Of a stretch of DNA of 64,000 nt, positions 35,598 through 49,512 are shown piece by piece (positions within the stretch are counted from its first letter, which is position 1; each line of letters opens with the position of its first letter). The stretch lies in contig NC_135657.1 of NCBI RefSeq assembly GCF_964188315.1, forward strand, positions 51,770,001 to 51,834,000, in the 5' to 3' direction. The translations under genes were made by a program, and so were the position numbers. The DNA comes from Podarcis muralis (Eukaryota). The notes beneath the pieces are model-generated. The model was not told the origin of the DNA. It saw only the letters and a program-made list of their open reading frames with translations, and did not search any database.

Positions 35598-36121
35598 GAA
35601 TTTTATCTTTAGTTGACAGCTATACATGGCTAGAGAGGCAAAAAAATGCAAATAGTGGAGTCAAAGGCTATGAAATGCAAGAGGCGCAAAAGCAGGATCA
35701 TGGACTCACAAAGCGTGGGGGGGCGGGGGGAGTGAAATGTCAGGTAAAGTAAAACAAAAATTGTCTTATTATAGGGGTGGTTGTTGGGGTGGGTTTTTAA
35801 AAGAGAAATGTGAAAGTGTGGATTGGGTTAGATGACAGCCAACCTGATCCACACCGTTAAATTTTCAGTCTTGGCCTGAGAAGACCATCTTTGAAAGCAT
35901 GGGTCGGACCTGCTAGGCAGCCTTCAAAGGTGAAAGTGTCATTCAGGCTGGCTGGATCTGTGCCTTCAAAGCTCCTGGGCCTTCTTAATGTGTACCTTCA
36001 AAGGTGAAAGAGTGGAGTGGATTGCGTTCGCTATCAGTTGGGCTTGCAGATTTGTACCTTCGTAGCTCTTCTCTTCAGCTGGGCCACCTGCTGGCTGAGT
36101 AGACCTTTGAAAATACCCCAC

Positions 36122-36215
36122 AGAAGAAGAAGAACAAGAAGAGTTTGGATTTGATATCCCACTTTATCACTACCCGAAGGAGTCTCAAAGCGGCTAACAT
36201 TCCCTTTCCCTTCCT
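36122..36215 (-). mobile_element. 5'-truncated Squam1-like SINE
   Basis: Reverse complement of the 3' part of 16651-16976 (gtttggatttgatatcc..ggagtctcaaagcggctaaca). Confidence 0.8.
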
Positions 36216-37204
36216 CTGTCAGCCAGTTTGATTAATACTCTCAACATGGGCGGGATGAAATTAAGCACCAGACCATAGTCTTGAATAAGCCCTAATTCAA
36301 TGGAATCAAACTTGCTGATAATAATCATGCTCCTTTTGTTTGTTTTCTTATATTGCTTTCACTTCTAGATAAGCTAAGAGTTAATTGCTTAGTTTGCCTT
36401 TTGTTCTCACTTCTGAGTAATGGAATAAGTTGGCATATTGAAAGGAATAAGAATGGTATTGGAAGTTTCTTGATCCATGAAGGAGGTTTCTTGTTTTGTG
36501 ATTGGATAGGGCAGTATTCTTTAAAACATACTTTATGGAAATCAAATGAGCTAATGTGGTTGGTTGGCAAGATAGCGATTTTTATGATAAGAAAGTAAAA
36601 TTACTTTGAAAAGAAGTGCTTTAATTGAAATCCCATTTAAATAGTAAAATTATGTTATTGATTATGATCACAATGTCCCTGATGCTGATGAATTAATCAA
36701 TCCCCATATTAGTCATGTTATAAATCTTTTGGTGGTAGTGGTAATGGAATGTGAATGAGATGAATCTTTTAAAATTATAGTGGCACATTACTTTTTATGT
36801 GTAACTTCTTTTGCTCTCCACATTGTATTTGAATGGAAAGAGCTTTTAAGAGCCACAATAGAATAGCTCACAGTGAAATCTAACCTGTATTATAAATCAA
36901 GTTGAAATCAAACTGGTTTATGCCAATAACAAGTATGTTTAAAAATCATGACAAAGTGCTTTGTGCTTTTCTGAAAAATGACTTTGGTAGTGATTCTGCT
37001 GAGGAACAAGGCTTTTAGTAAATAAATACTTACATGTATCTAGTGCAAAAAGAAAATGAAGAATTCAGTTAATATTTATGAAGCAAATGTTCAGTTGTGC
37101 TTCTAATGTGTACAAGAGCTTTTTAATACAGCAAATGCTATATAATATACATAGTATATTTAATATACATCCTTATAACAATGTCTAAATGAATAGTCCA
37201 AATA

Positions 37205-37478
37205 CAGTGGTACCTCGGGTTACATACGCTTCAGGTTACATACGCTTCAGGTTACATACGCTTCAGGTTACATACGCTTCAGGTTACAGACTCCGCTAAC
37301 CCAGAAATAGTACCTCGGGTTAAGAACTTTACTTCAGGATGAGAACAGAAATCGTGCTCCGGCAATGCGGCGGCAGCGGGAGGCCTCATTAGCTAAAGTG
37401 GTGCTTCAGGTTAAGAACAGTTTCAGGTTAAGAATGGACCTCCAGAACGAATTAAGTACTTAACCCGAGGTACCATTG
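37205..37478. mobile_element. Tigger-like MITE with four copies of a 16-bp internal unit
   Basis: TA-flanked TIRs; (ggttacatacgcttca)4 at 37218-37281. Confidence 0.92.
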
Positions 37479-40400
37479 TACACTATGGATTAATATGTAG
37501 TTGGTCACTGCATGGGTTAAAGGGAACTCTGGAAATGTAGTGTTTATTTTGTTTTTTCTTGGTTACATCTTAATAATATTCATTCCATTTATTTATTGGA
37601 ATTTATTTTATTTTGTGGTAAAGGTTGATGATTTCTTATTCATGCAATAGTTATAAATGTCACTAAAAAGTTGTTGCCAGGGCCCTGGGCTCTGCCATGC
37701 CTGAAAACATGCTTGGTCCTCTGTAGTCCTATGAGCTCTTGTCACTTAAGCAAGTCTGAGAAATCTCTTGAGGAGTGCTGGGCTGCAGAAGCAGATCCTT
37801 TCCACTGACTTTGCAGCATTCAGGACTAGAAACTTGTTTTGAAAACAAAAGCCCTGAAATTGTTAAGATGATGAAGTCTGCACCCAATTCTGAATATGGC
37901 TCTTGCACAATATTCTCGCATGAAAGACACAATTGTGAGGATAAGCCAGCAGTAAATGTGCATATAAGCATCCCAAAAGGAGACGAAACAACAACAGAAA
38001 TGTGCTTTTTGCAGTAAAACCAGCCCTGCACCAAATGCAGGTGAATAAACCTGCAGTGTACATGCTGGTGGAATCTGTATGAAACAAATATATAGTAGAA
38101 AAAAGAATCTGTAATGCACTTTCAAACTACAACCAGGGAATTCAATTTTAAGTCATCTAATTCTTTGAGATGATTTACCGCACACTAAAAGAATTTATTT
38201 CTGTAACACTTTCTGTAATCCAGGAACTAATGAAGTTTTTTGCTTCCTCTGGGAAGGTGAATATATTGGAATGTCCTCCAAAACATAGCCTACGTCTTTC
38301 TGAATAAAACAATGTCTCAGCGGATGAATTTTAATTATTTGCTTCTCTGAATGTTAGCATATTGTATTTTCCCCTGATTTAACTGAGACAAGAAATTAAA
38401 GGTGCCAAATTCCTTCTGCCTAATGCCTGTGCGATAGCTGCAAGCCTACAAAACTCTGTGAGAGCAGGTGTAGTTGAATTTAGTCCAGGCTCTCATTGTG
38501 TCCTTGGATTTTGCTTTAACCTTAGCTTTTTACAGCAGCCCAACATAATGCCACTTTTCAAGATACCCACCGCCCACACATACTTTTCAGACTCTGAGCC
38601 ATATAGATTAAATGAGCAAACTACTCCCAAAGAGCTCTGTGAATGATAGAATGTATGGCAAAATGGTCACATGTATAAGATTCAAGATTAAGCCCAGCAC
38701 AGACAAAAGTAAAGGTTGTTTCATAGTCCAGCGAGGACTATGACATTGCAGTAGCTGTGCAAAGCTGTTCCTGGAGGTTGTGATGACGAGCTGTTTGGGA
38801 GCACACAGTTAGCATGGATGATGGGATGTGGGTTGTTCTTCCTTTGGATAAAGTGCAACAATACTACCAGAGCTAGAAGATTCACAAGTCATTGCTCAGG
38901 GTCTTCCGGGCAAAGTCTGAGGCTGTGCTACAATAAGTGGTGTTGTAGCAAAGCTTAACATTAGTCTTTTTTACTAACACAACAGTAATGACTTTCAGTC
39001 ATTATTGACTCGGGCTGTGTTTGTAGTGGCTGACCTAAAGGTGAAAGGCCCCACATCTCATTTCCAGTCCCTTGAGAGATCTACTCCTCCACAATTTAAT
39101 TTGATGGAATGCAATTATCGGCCAATTGATTTTCATTGATTGTGCTATGGGCCATAAACATGATAACGCTCCTGTAGCTGCCAGCCATTAATTCCTCTGG
39201 GAGATTCTTCAGGCAGCGTCCTGGGCAACAGAACAACCATTTAAACGTGAGGGCTCAATCCAGGCAGCAGAGACAAAGCCTACAATCTGTCTAGCTGTAT
39301 AAGAGCTTAAGGTTAGCACAGACAAGAAAAGGACGGAAGTTGGAGACAAAGACAGATGAGACATCAGAGTGCACTAAGAATGTTTGTGTTTATATGAAGG
39401 GCCTTTTGAATAAAAAACAATTTTCTCCCATCTTGGTATTATAGTTTTACTGACATTTTGGGTGCGTTCTGTTTGGAGGGTTCATGTGTTGTAAGTTTGG
39501 AGACTTAGACAGGGAAGGTGAATGGGGCAAGAAAGACGGCAAATGTTGTTTAATAATCAGTGGCAACACTACCAGGCACAGCTTCTGCTTGGTGGATAAC
39601 TTCCTAATGGTCAAGGGAGGCTTTTGAATAGCTAGGAAATATCTACAGGGTCCTAAAAGATGGTGAGAGGGAGAGCGCAAAAGAGAGAGAAAGAAGGGGG
39701 GAACCAAAGGAAACAGCTTGCAGTTTTAGAGTGGGGGGAACTGATGTTTGGGGGCTATGTAAACTAACAGCATGCGGGGATGCAGGAATGTCGCTCTCTG
39801 AAGATCTGATGGGTAGTGGATTTGGCTGTTCACTGAAGTGTTTAAGCCTCCACCTACCCTCAGTCAGTATACAGTATTTGTAAATCAATTATTATTATAA
39901 TATTGATTATTATTTTATTTTTATTTTTAAAAGCTCCAAGTGACCACCTTTTAAGGCAATCAGATTTGGGTAAGTGCTGCACCGCTGTAACTTCTGACCA
40001 TATGGGGAAGTTGGAGCAAGTGTAATTAGTTTTAAGCTCCTGAATCAGAACCTGATTCAGAACCTGAATCTGCTGTGGAAGGAAGTGTGTCCTTCCAATC
40101 GCAGAAGGCTTTTGATCCAGAAAAAGATTCTGTGAACAGAAACGGGATGAAGGTATAATTTCCCAAATGGTTTGATTTGCAGCCCTTTGAAAACGGGCCC
40201 TCCTGGAAAATCCCTCCAGACTTTGGGCAACCCTTTGGAACAGCATGGGGAAAGGGAAAAGTTGCCAAAAATAAAATAAAAATAACCCACCCCCTTCTGT
40301 TCACAGAAGCCTCTGCTGGGTCAAAAACCTTTCCATGATAGGATTATAACATAAGATTGTTATGTTAATGGTGGTGGTGATTTTAACTTATGGAATCACA

Positions 40401-40958
40401 TTTTATTCCTGATGTAATTTGCCTCTTCTCCTTTTTCCTCTCACACTGGCACTGTGAAAACTGTCATGCCCACATACGTCTTACACGTTTCTGAAGATGT
40501 TAAATGCAAATTTCACCTTAAATGTTTGGATGCAACTATACTTTTCCCACAAATATTTTGATAAAAATTTGGCACATTGACTATGTGTTCTGAAACAGAA
40601 ACTTGACACTATTCTTTTTTAGATATATACATGCCATTTCACTTTGTGAATATGTGTGTAGCTTTATTTTTGATTCAGCATACCCAGTATGTAACAGATG
40701 GCAGCAAAATCTTGTGATTTTCAGAATGGGTTTTTTAATGTGGATACAAAGAAAAAATATTTTACATTTAAGAATTTACCACAAGTATTTCTGCGGATAT
40801 ACACAGTGCTGTAGGAGATTTCCATAGGTGTACAAGGCCTAGGGTGTGGCTTTGCACAACACAACAAGTTGTGCAACAATTTGAGATTGTTTAAGGGACT
40901 TTATTGAGAAATATTTTCCATATAATTAATTTACATTGTGTGTGTTTGTATGTAAGTC

Positions 40959-40964
<6 letters not shown>

Positions 40965-40997
<33 letters not shown>
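40965..40997 (+). repeat. (TG)n microsatellite
   Basis: Direct read. Confidence 0.95.
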
Positions 40998-40999
<2 letters not shown>

Positions 41000-43900
41000 A
41001 TACATATAATAAAGCACCTCCTAAGTTTTGTCATTTATTTGTAGAAAAACGAATGTTGATGACAGATACTTAAGAAACCTAAATAGAAAAGAAATGGACG
41101 AGACACATCTGGGCGAGGGGGAAATTTGTATTCTCAAACTGTTTCTGAATGTGTTCAAAATACATTCTCAATCTTTTCTCTGACATTGTAATTACAATGT
41201 TTCTAAACAGTTACATAATTTTATAGAAGAAAGATTTGAACCTGTAACAACAAAATCCCTTTGACAAAAAACCTGTCATTCTGAAATTATGTACTTCTCA
41301 GTAAATGTGCCATCTAGTAAGAAAATGCTCTACAAGTGCTCTCTATTAATTATGCGTTATCTTTCCTTTGTTACAGTGGAGTACAGGAATTGACCAGTAT
41401 GGTCTCTGTCTTCAGCTGGGCATAAATTACTGTTTTAAGGACTGTGGCAAAGGATACAGTGTTTAGACCACTTAAGATATTTTCTTTTGAAGCTTTAGTT
41501 GAAAGTGTGGTACTTAAAAAGGGACTTCTTCAAATAAGCCATTTGGATACAGTGGTTTCGAGTTTTGTAAAAAGGGTCTGCTGGAATCTTCCCCAGCAAA
41601 GCACAGCTTCCTTTTTTAAAATTTGTGTCTCTGTGTGTGGTGTTAATTGCAGCATCACAATGGCACTCAATTATTTTGATTTGTTTATCCAGTACAGTTC
41701 CTAATTAGTGAAGCTGCAAATCCTAAAAGCACTTACCAGCCCCACTGAACACAATGGAACTTACTTCCAATTAAACACGCGTAGATTGGACTGTCTGATA
41801 TCTGCCCTGCATAAAATGGAGAACTTACGATCATTTGAACAGGGGGCTGGGGTTGGTATGTGGAAGGTCCTGCTTTGTGGTGCAGTACAAAATAGCCATT
41901 CCTTTATGAACTATGGTTTGCAAAAGTATCGGAGTGTGTTCTCTGCATTGTCATTAGTTTTGTCACAGGGTCTTAGTGTCAATGCAGAAAGGGTGGAATC
42001 TTTCCTCCCACCTTAATAAAAAATGTGACTTCATCCTCAGAATGGATCTTTTTCCTTAGATAAGGTGCAGTTCCCCCAGCCTCTTCTGCCTTTATTGATA
42101 TTCTTGGCAAAAAGCATAAAGGAGGTAATTGAGACTGCTGCTGCTGCTGCTGCTGTTGTGGTGTGGTTAACTGTCCACTAGGATCCCTTGTTCATGTCGG
42201 CACACAAGCAATACTGTCACACTGTTCTTAAGACTCAGATTGATGACCAAGTCCCTGGGGAACCTGGTGCTAACAATATTTGACACAGTGACCTATTAAG
42301 TGTTTGCTTTGGGCACTTTTCTGTTTCTCCAAAGATAGCTACATGCAGCATGGGACAGGTTGTTAAGGGTAATTAGAGGTTTTAGACGGAATCTACTAGT
42401 ACTGACAAAGTTGTCATTCTTGAAGGCTGACAAAACATTTTGGTTCTGCCTTCACAAGCCTTAGCAGTACAGGAACTTCTTCAGTTAAATTGCAGTTGAC
42501 TGTTTTAAGTACCACATAACGGGTCTAGTGATAGCACTGCAGTCCATATTCACTATATGGCTTTGCAGCGTTGCAGTGGGGAAACTGTTGCACAAAGCAA
42601 GGGTAAAACAGCTTCATTGCATCTATTTATTTATTTAATAAACCTAAAGTTTATTAAGTAAGACATTTTAAGAAGGCAGCGGACAGAATTTATGCCTCAA
42701 GCAAGCATATAGCAAAAATGTAAGGATTCATAACCTAAAATCATAATGCAATAATAATACAAATAAATATCTACCACTGTGACTAACGTAGATAATATGT
42801 GGGCTAGCTGGCATACATCAGTTTACTAATCCACACAATTTTTGTGAACTAGCAGTGCAGCCCTAGCCATGTCTACTCAGAAGCAAGAAAATATTGTCTT
42901 CAATAGCGCTTCCTCCCAGATAGGTAGGGTGAGGATTACAGTCTGTATTCTCAGCCCTTGTTGGCAGATTCCAGGAAAACCTCTTAAGTCTTACAAATCA
43001 AGACCATTAGTTACTGCATCTAACCTCCAGGCTGGAGCCAACATTTTCCATTTTTATGGCAGCTGAAAGAGATCTATTCAAAAAGCGTTTAGACCCCATT
43101 TTATCAGCAATGACTTCTGCAATGTTGTTGATAAAACATTTTTTTTTGTAAAAGATTGTAATCATGAAAGTGTCTTTGTATATGGTCCAACCCCCGCTCA
43201 AAAATCTTGAGATCACGAAGAATTTGAGGCCCTTGATGCACATGTAGACAAACCTGGTCCTGTAGCAAGAGTTAACATTTGCCTTTCAGTATTTTCATTT
43301 CCAAATAGGATTTCATGTTTTATCGTCAGAATACTCTTTACTAGAGTTTCACGCTGGGTTTTGTTCCATTATTCCTGGAAGCTGAAATGAAATCTAGCTG
43401 GATGAGAAATGTGCGGCACTAATTTTTTACATCTTAAACAATGCCAAATAAAATATATATCCCCATATATATACTTGTGTTGGATGAAAACAACTATATT
43501 GCCCCCAGTGCACCAAGCATTAGTCTCTTTTCCTGTACCAACCTTCCACCACCTGGACCCTTCTGGAAGTTTTGGAGTGTGGTCCCCATCAGCCACAGCC
43601 AGCTCAATTGTCTGGATGTCCCTGGGATGGGAGGTTTGGCCTGTGCCTCTGAGAGCAACGGAGCACTTGTTACTCAACTCCACCTCAATAGTTCAAGCTG
43701 TAAACGAGCTGTGTAGGGAACTAGTGCTTTTTTGTTGTCCTCAAATATTTCTTTCTTTCTCTTTAAGAAACATTTCAGTGTGGGATAAACCGCTGCTGGC
43801 CTTGGTAGATTTGTGGTGCACATTTGATCAGTAATCTTAATACTTGCGTTGTTCTTCTCTATATTATGTGATTGATGGTATGTCTTACAGGTGCAGTCTA

Positions 43901-44706
43901 AAAGTAGCCTAAGAATAAATAGCAAACTGATAGATTGTCTGCCTTCAGTGGGCTTTTGTTTGCAGAGGTAAATTAATTTTAAGAATAAAACTGAAAATGC
44001 TTAATAGCTGCTGTTTTGGTCCTTGATACTGAGAGGTGTGTTTAACTATATGGTTTTGAGATTTATATCTGAGAGAAGAAAGCCACTTCCTTGCCAAGCA
44101 GCTAAAATAATGGACTGTTCAGTGAGTTTCTTTTCTGGGTAGATTCTGTGTGCCCTGGCAAATTTATAATTCTGCTACACCTAAGCTACTGGCTGATCCC
44201 TCTTGGAGCTACATTCCTATTTTTCCCTTCCTCTCATACCCAGAAACCGCTTTTCTTCCTTGTTTTGCCCAAGCCTCTTTACTTCTGATGCAGTTGCATC
44301 TATTCCCATCCACTCCTTTTTCTCCTCCTGCTTCCTTCAGCTTTCTTGCTATTTTGTTTACTGTATTTATCACCTATTCTATCAAGTCTACACTTGCTAT
44401 TGCAGACCTTAATAATCAGTGCTTTTTATAGAACAGTGGAAGGACCAGATTCAAACTCTCCCCAGTCCTGTCAGCTTTCTCCCTTCTATGGGGCTATTCA
44501 CCATATAGCATGCTTTTCCCTCTTCCTGTGTATCTGGTGACAATACAGGACAAATATCCCTGTAACTGAAGATGGCAGAACCAGAGAATTCACGCCAGAG
44601 GGTTGAAACAAAAAAGAATTGGGGGGGGGGGTAAAAATGGCAAGAGTAATTCCATGTAAATAAGTGTAAAGTAATGCATGGGGGGGATTCTTCATTTCAT
44701 ATGGTC

Positions 44707-45390
44707 TGAAGCTCAACATAAAAAAACCCCGAAGATCATGGCTACTGGTCCCATCACCTCCTGGCAAATAGAAGGGGAAGAAATGGAGGCAGTGAGAGAT
44801 TTTACTTTCTTGGGCTCCATGATCACTGCAGATGGTGAGAGCAGCCACGAAATTAAAACACACTTGCTTCTTGGGAGAAAAGCAATGACAAACCTAGACA
44901 GCATCTTAAAAAGCAGAGACATCACCTTGCCAACAAAGGTCCGTATAGTAAAAGCTATGGTTTTCCCAGTAGTGATGTATGGAAGTGAGAGCTGGACCAT
45001 AAAGAAGGCCGATCACTGAAGAATTGATGCTTTTGAATTATAGTGCTGGAGGAGACTCTTGAGAGTCCCATGGACTGCAAGAAGATCAAACCTATCCATT
45101 CTTAAGGAAATCAGCCCTGAGTACTCACTGGAAGGACAGATCGTGAAGCTGAGGCTCCAATACTTTGGCCACCTCACGAGAAGAGAAGACTCCCTGGAAA
45201 AGACCCTGATGTTGGGAAAGATGGAGGGCACAAGGAGAAGGGGACGACAGAGGACAAGATGGTTGGATAGTGTTCTCGAAGCTACCAGCATGAGTTTGAC
45301 CAAACTGCGGGAGGCAGTGGAAGACAGAAGTGCCTGGCGTGCTCTGGTCCATGGGGTCACGAAGGGTCGGACATGACTAAACAACAACAA
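44707..45390 (+). mobile_element. RTE-BovB LINE, 5'-truncated
   Basis: KIMATGPITSWQIEGEEMEAVRDFTFLGS..KSRDITLPTKVRIVKAMVFPVVMYGSESWTIKKA..LQYFGHL..EDSLEKTLMLGK..VHGVTK and a (CAA)n tail. TSD attcttcatttca(t/c)atgg at 44687-44704 and 45391-45408. Confidence 0.95.
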
Positions 45391-45554
45391 ATTCTTCATT
45401 TCACATGGAGTCTGAGCTGGCAGTGACTGACCAGCAGCAAGACTGTGAGACCATAATGCATAGCTCACAGTAGATGTTGACCGAGTGTGTAATGGCTGTG
45501 GGGGAAAAAGCCAAACTGAAGTGCTGATATAATGCTGTAATACCAATCTCTGGT

Positions 45555-46080
45555 GTGACCACATTTGGAATATTGTGTAAAGTTCTGGTTACATCCCAAT
45601 GAAAAGGAGCTGGAAAAGGTTCAGAAAGGGGTAATCGAAATAATGAAGGGGATGGAAGAACTCCCCTATGAAGAAAGGTTACATCATTTGGGGTCTTATA
45701 GTTTAGAGAAAATCTGAGTAAGAGAAGACATGATAGAAGTGTATGAAATTATGCCTGGCATGGAGAATGTCGATAGAGAGAAGATTTTCTCCCTCTCTTA
45801 TAGCGCCAGAACTTGTGGCCATTCAGTGATGCTGAATGTTGGAAGATTCAGGACAGAGAAAATGAAGTATTTCTTTACCAGTGCATAATTAAACTGTATA
45901 ACTTGCTCTCCTGGGGAGGCAGTAATGGCCACCCACTTGGAGGGGTTTAAAAGAGTCAAAGTCATGGAGGATAAGGCTATCAATGGCAACTGGCTATAAC
46001 GGCTGTACTCTGTCTCCACAGTCAGAGGCCGTATGTTTCTGAATACCAGTAGTTGGAAACTGCAGGAGGGGAAGAGTGCT
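45555..46080 (+). mobile_element. CR1 LINE 3' fragment (degraded)
   Basis: ccacatttggaatattgtgt..ctggaaaaggttcagaaa..tatgaagaaaggtt..gacatgatagaagtgtat..ggaggataaggctatcaatggc. Confidence 0.85.
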
Positions 46081-46699
46081 GGTATCCCACAATATGTTTT
46101 TACAGGATAAGGTAGTCCCATCATTAGTTCTTTCCCTGCTGCTTGTTTTAGTTGCTCTGCTTCTAAAATTCCTTTTTTTATTAAATGTTTGGATTGATTT
46201 TTTGTGTGTGTGAAATGAAGATAAATAAGGTTGAAATGAAGCTAAAATAATAGAAAATAGACGGTATTAGTCATTTGGACTACTCGTCTGTCAATAAATT
46301 GCTTGATTTGGCTCATTAGTTAAGAAAATGGGAATTTATACTGCAATAAATTTTAGGAATAGCAGATCTACAAATATACGGCGTGTGAGGGTTAGATAAT
46401 GACATTCTTGTTTCTTGCAGTAGTTTAATGTATGTAAGGAAAACGGAAACATGCCAGTGATAGCAGTTTATGGCTGTTAGGGTTTGTCAGATTGTAAAGG
46501 CAACATTAATGCATCATCCGCAGAAGGAAAATTTCAGTGATGGTAAATTAGTGGGAGGAGTCATAACGTAATGATGGAGCACAAGCTTTGCATGTACAAG
46601 GTTCCAGGTTCTATCCCTATCACCTCCAGATAATTTAAAGCTCCATTTTAGCGGTGGTTTCAGTATAAGCCATTTTGTGGTCTTGTGCTAAAGGCCTTA

Positions 46700-46924
46700 C
46701 AGTGGTACCTCGGGTTAAGAACTTAATTCGTTCCGGAGGTCCGTTCTTAAACTGAAACTGTTCTTAACCTGAAGCACCACTTTAGCTAATGGGGCCTCCC
46801 GCTGCCACCGTACGCTGCTGCACGATTTCTGTTCTCATCCTGAAGCAAAATTCTTAACCTGAGGTACTGTTTCTGTGTTAGCGGAGTCTGTAACCTGAAG
46901 TGTCTGTAACTCGAGGTACCACTG
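46700..46924. mobile_element. Tigger-like MITE
   Basis: TA|cagtggtacctcgggttaag..cgaggtaccactg|TA. Confidence 0.92.
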
Positions 46925-48739
46925 TATTTGTACATCTAAGTATCCCCAAGGAAGAGGTAGCACCACATGAGCAGTTCCTAATGTGGTTGAGCTGCAGTTT
47001 TTCAACCATGGCAGCCCAACACCCCCCTCCACAAAGTGGTTATGTCAGGGTAAAAATACCCAAGCCATGTAAGTAGACATCTGTTCAAATGGCTTCCTGT
47101 GTGGAATTGCCACCATGTAGCTTCTAGTGGCAGGTTGTGTATGAATTAGAATATAAGAAAAGTGGAACAAAGAAAGATTGTTTCCTAGTTTGGGTTGGTG
47201 GTTATTGTTACCTTCTTCTGTTCCATGTGCTTTGAGATCATCTTCAAAATAGGTTAGGGTAAATATTAAGGTTTCCTTGAGAGGGGAAACTCTTTTTTTC
47301 GTTGACTCCAGCTGACACTAAGGCTTTAACTAGAATCATGTCCAGCCTGGTCTTTCCTACTTGTGAGCAAGCAATTCTAAACAGCAACAATTTAGGCTTG
47401 AAAAGTGGATCTGCTGGCTTGTAATATAAAGAATGCCGGATCTGAACTAGCTGTCTAAAAATATTCAAGCTCGTACATCATGCATGTGTTTCTGCAGAAG
47501 GAGCTGGTATATTTGCTGCTAATTTTACTTGTGCTTAAGCACTTCTCCAATTGAAACAGAAGCTGGATGCATTTTACAGGGCGATATGTGTACCAATATT
47601 TTGGCATTCTAGAATGATGTGTATGCCAAGCCAAGTTTTTTTAAAAGTATATGGTTCAGAACTCGCTGCAGGCCTACACTCAATACAGTTTTTTAATGCT
47701 GGTTCTTGTGCTTTTCACTACTGATCATCATAGCCTCAGAATGACCAGACGTATCAGGAGACATCTAATCAATCAAAGCACTTCATACATTTATTCTTCC
47801 TGTAAATTCATCCTATTTTATCTGCTAAGTCTACTGGCAGGAGAGAGGAATGTGGTAATACTTTAACAGGGACAGGGCCTTTGTTCAGTGCACTAAAAGC
47901 ATGACTGGGAAGAATGACAGATGAAGAACTCTTGTTGGATGAAGTCCTTTAGATGGCTGACTGGCAGATCAATGCCAAGATCGGTAAAGAGTTGCTGGAG
48001 TAGTGCAGTTGGAGTGTGAAATCCAGCTGAAATTCCTTCCTGTAGGAAGGAAATCAACTTGTTAATGGACAAGTCACTAACTGTTAATAGATTTGTTAAT
48101 TAGCCAGAGGGATAACCTCTTAATGATTTAGACAGTTTGATGTATTAATTATTTCACACTACTCCAATATACTCTGCTATACTGCCTTCCCTTACCCTTT
48201 AAAAAAAGTCACTACAAAACCATAAAGATACACTGGGAAAACTCACTTTTCTTGGTCGCTTATTACACCCAGGGCTCCTTTGGGAGGAAAGATGGGATAT
48301 AACTTTAAGGAAATAAAACTTGGGGGATGATTGTCTTAACTTGAGGAGAACTTTCAGCAACAAAAGCTCGTACAGAAATAAGAGAATCCGCCTACGTCAA
48401 CAGTAAGAGGAATCAATTTTGACATAATTTATAGAATCTAATTTTAAAAATTATAATATTTATACAGCATGCCTGTGTGTATATTGTTATATATGTCCTC
48501 TGTTTCCAAAGTTCATGGGTGAGTGCCGTTGTGTAGGTGCTCCAATACTACAGCAGCCCTGATAGTTGCTTACAAACTTACCATGAGAAATTCCTCAATC
48601 TTCCAAGGCAGTCTGTTAAAGAATGTGTACATACCATCAGGAACCTCTTAGTAGAAACTTTATAATTTTACACTGCTTGGTTTGGGGCCTACCCACTAGA
48701 ACAAAAGAAAACACATTTGGTCCAGCATCTATGAGAGTA

Positions 48740-48880
48740 TTTGAAGATTTCCTCTCACTTGTCTTTTTGCTAAGCTAATAATATCCAATCCCTTCAACCA
48801 TTTCTCCAAGACATGGTCTTCTAACCTTCTTTGTTCTTCTCTTGGCATGCTGCAGTTTGTTGATATCAATGTTGTTTTCA
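48740..48880 (-). mobile_element. Old CR1 fragment
   Basis: Minus-strand translation LEDHVLEKWLKGLDIISLAKRQVRGNL resembles the CR1 C-terminal [21 protein letters not shown]. Confidence 0.55.
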
Positions 48881-49477
48881 TATGAGTGTTGACAAATATT
48901 TTAAGAGGTGTTTCTTGAGCAGCCAGGAAAGTAGAACTACCAATCAGTATACATTGGAATACATGAACTGAAATATCCAGCTGATCCAAACAGAGATGCA
49001 CAACAGTTTATATGCTATAACAAAATGCATCTCCCCCGTCAGGTTATTTCCTGAGATATTAAAGTAAGCATAACTAAATTAAAATTAATTTTCATTATTA
49101 TTCCTTCTCTTTATTTGCCTTATAATACTGTAATACTGGCTGGGAGGGTGTACAAGTAGACATATTAAAGCAGCTCCAATTACTCTGAAAGGTCACTTTT
49201 GTACTTTGAACACCAGGCAAATAATGGTAACATTTATGTGACTAAAAATTGCTTCCCCCGCCCCCAACTAATGCATATTGAAATGATGCTCTAGGTTTTG
49301 TACTGTCATCACACTTCTTCATTGGTTTTCAGCTCATGGTACATCTGAATGAACTTCAGCCGAAGAAATGGCATAAATGCCATGTGGGATTTCAATTAAA
49401 TGCCCCCCTCCCCACCACCAAGTTTGGTTCATCATTACCAGTCATTCTTTCTTGTGCTTCCAGAGTCTGTCAAAGTA

Positions 49478-49512
<35 letters not shown>

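Noticed and set aside
37218-37281. CRISPR-like direct repeats
   Set aside because: Contiguous tandem units with no spacers, inside a eukaryotic MITE.
38778-38920. Possible C/D snoRNA (GTGATGA ... CTGA)
   Set aside because: No terminal stem and no recognisable antisense guide.
40032-40304. Minus-strand ORF resembling a signal-peptide protein (MNRRGWVIFILFLATF..)
   Set aside because: Starts at GTG, has no Kozak context or homology, and its hydrophobic part comes from an A-rich tract.
45013-45564. 183-aa minus-strand ORF
   Set aside because: Antisense shadow of BovB.
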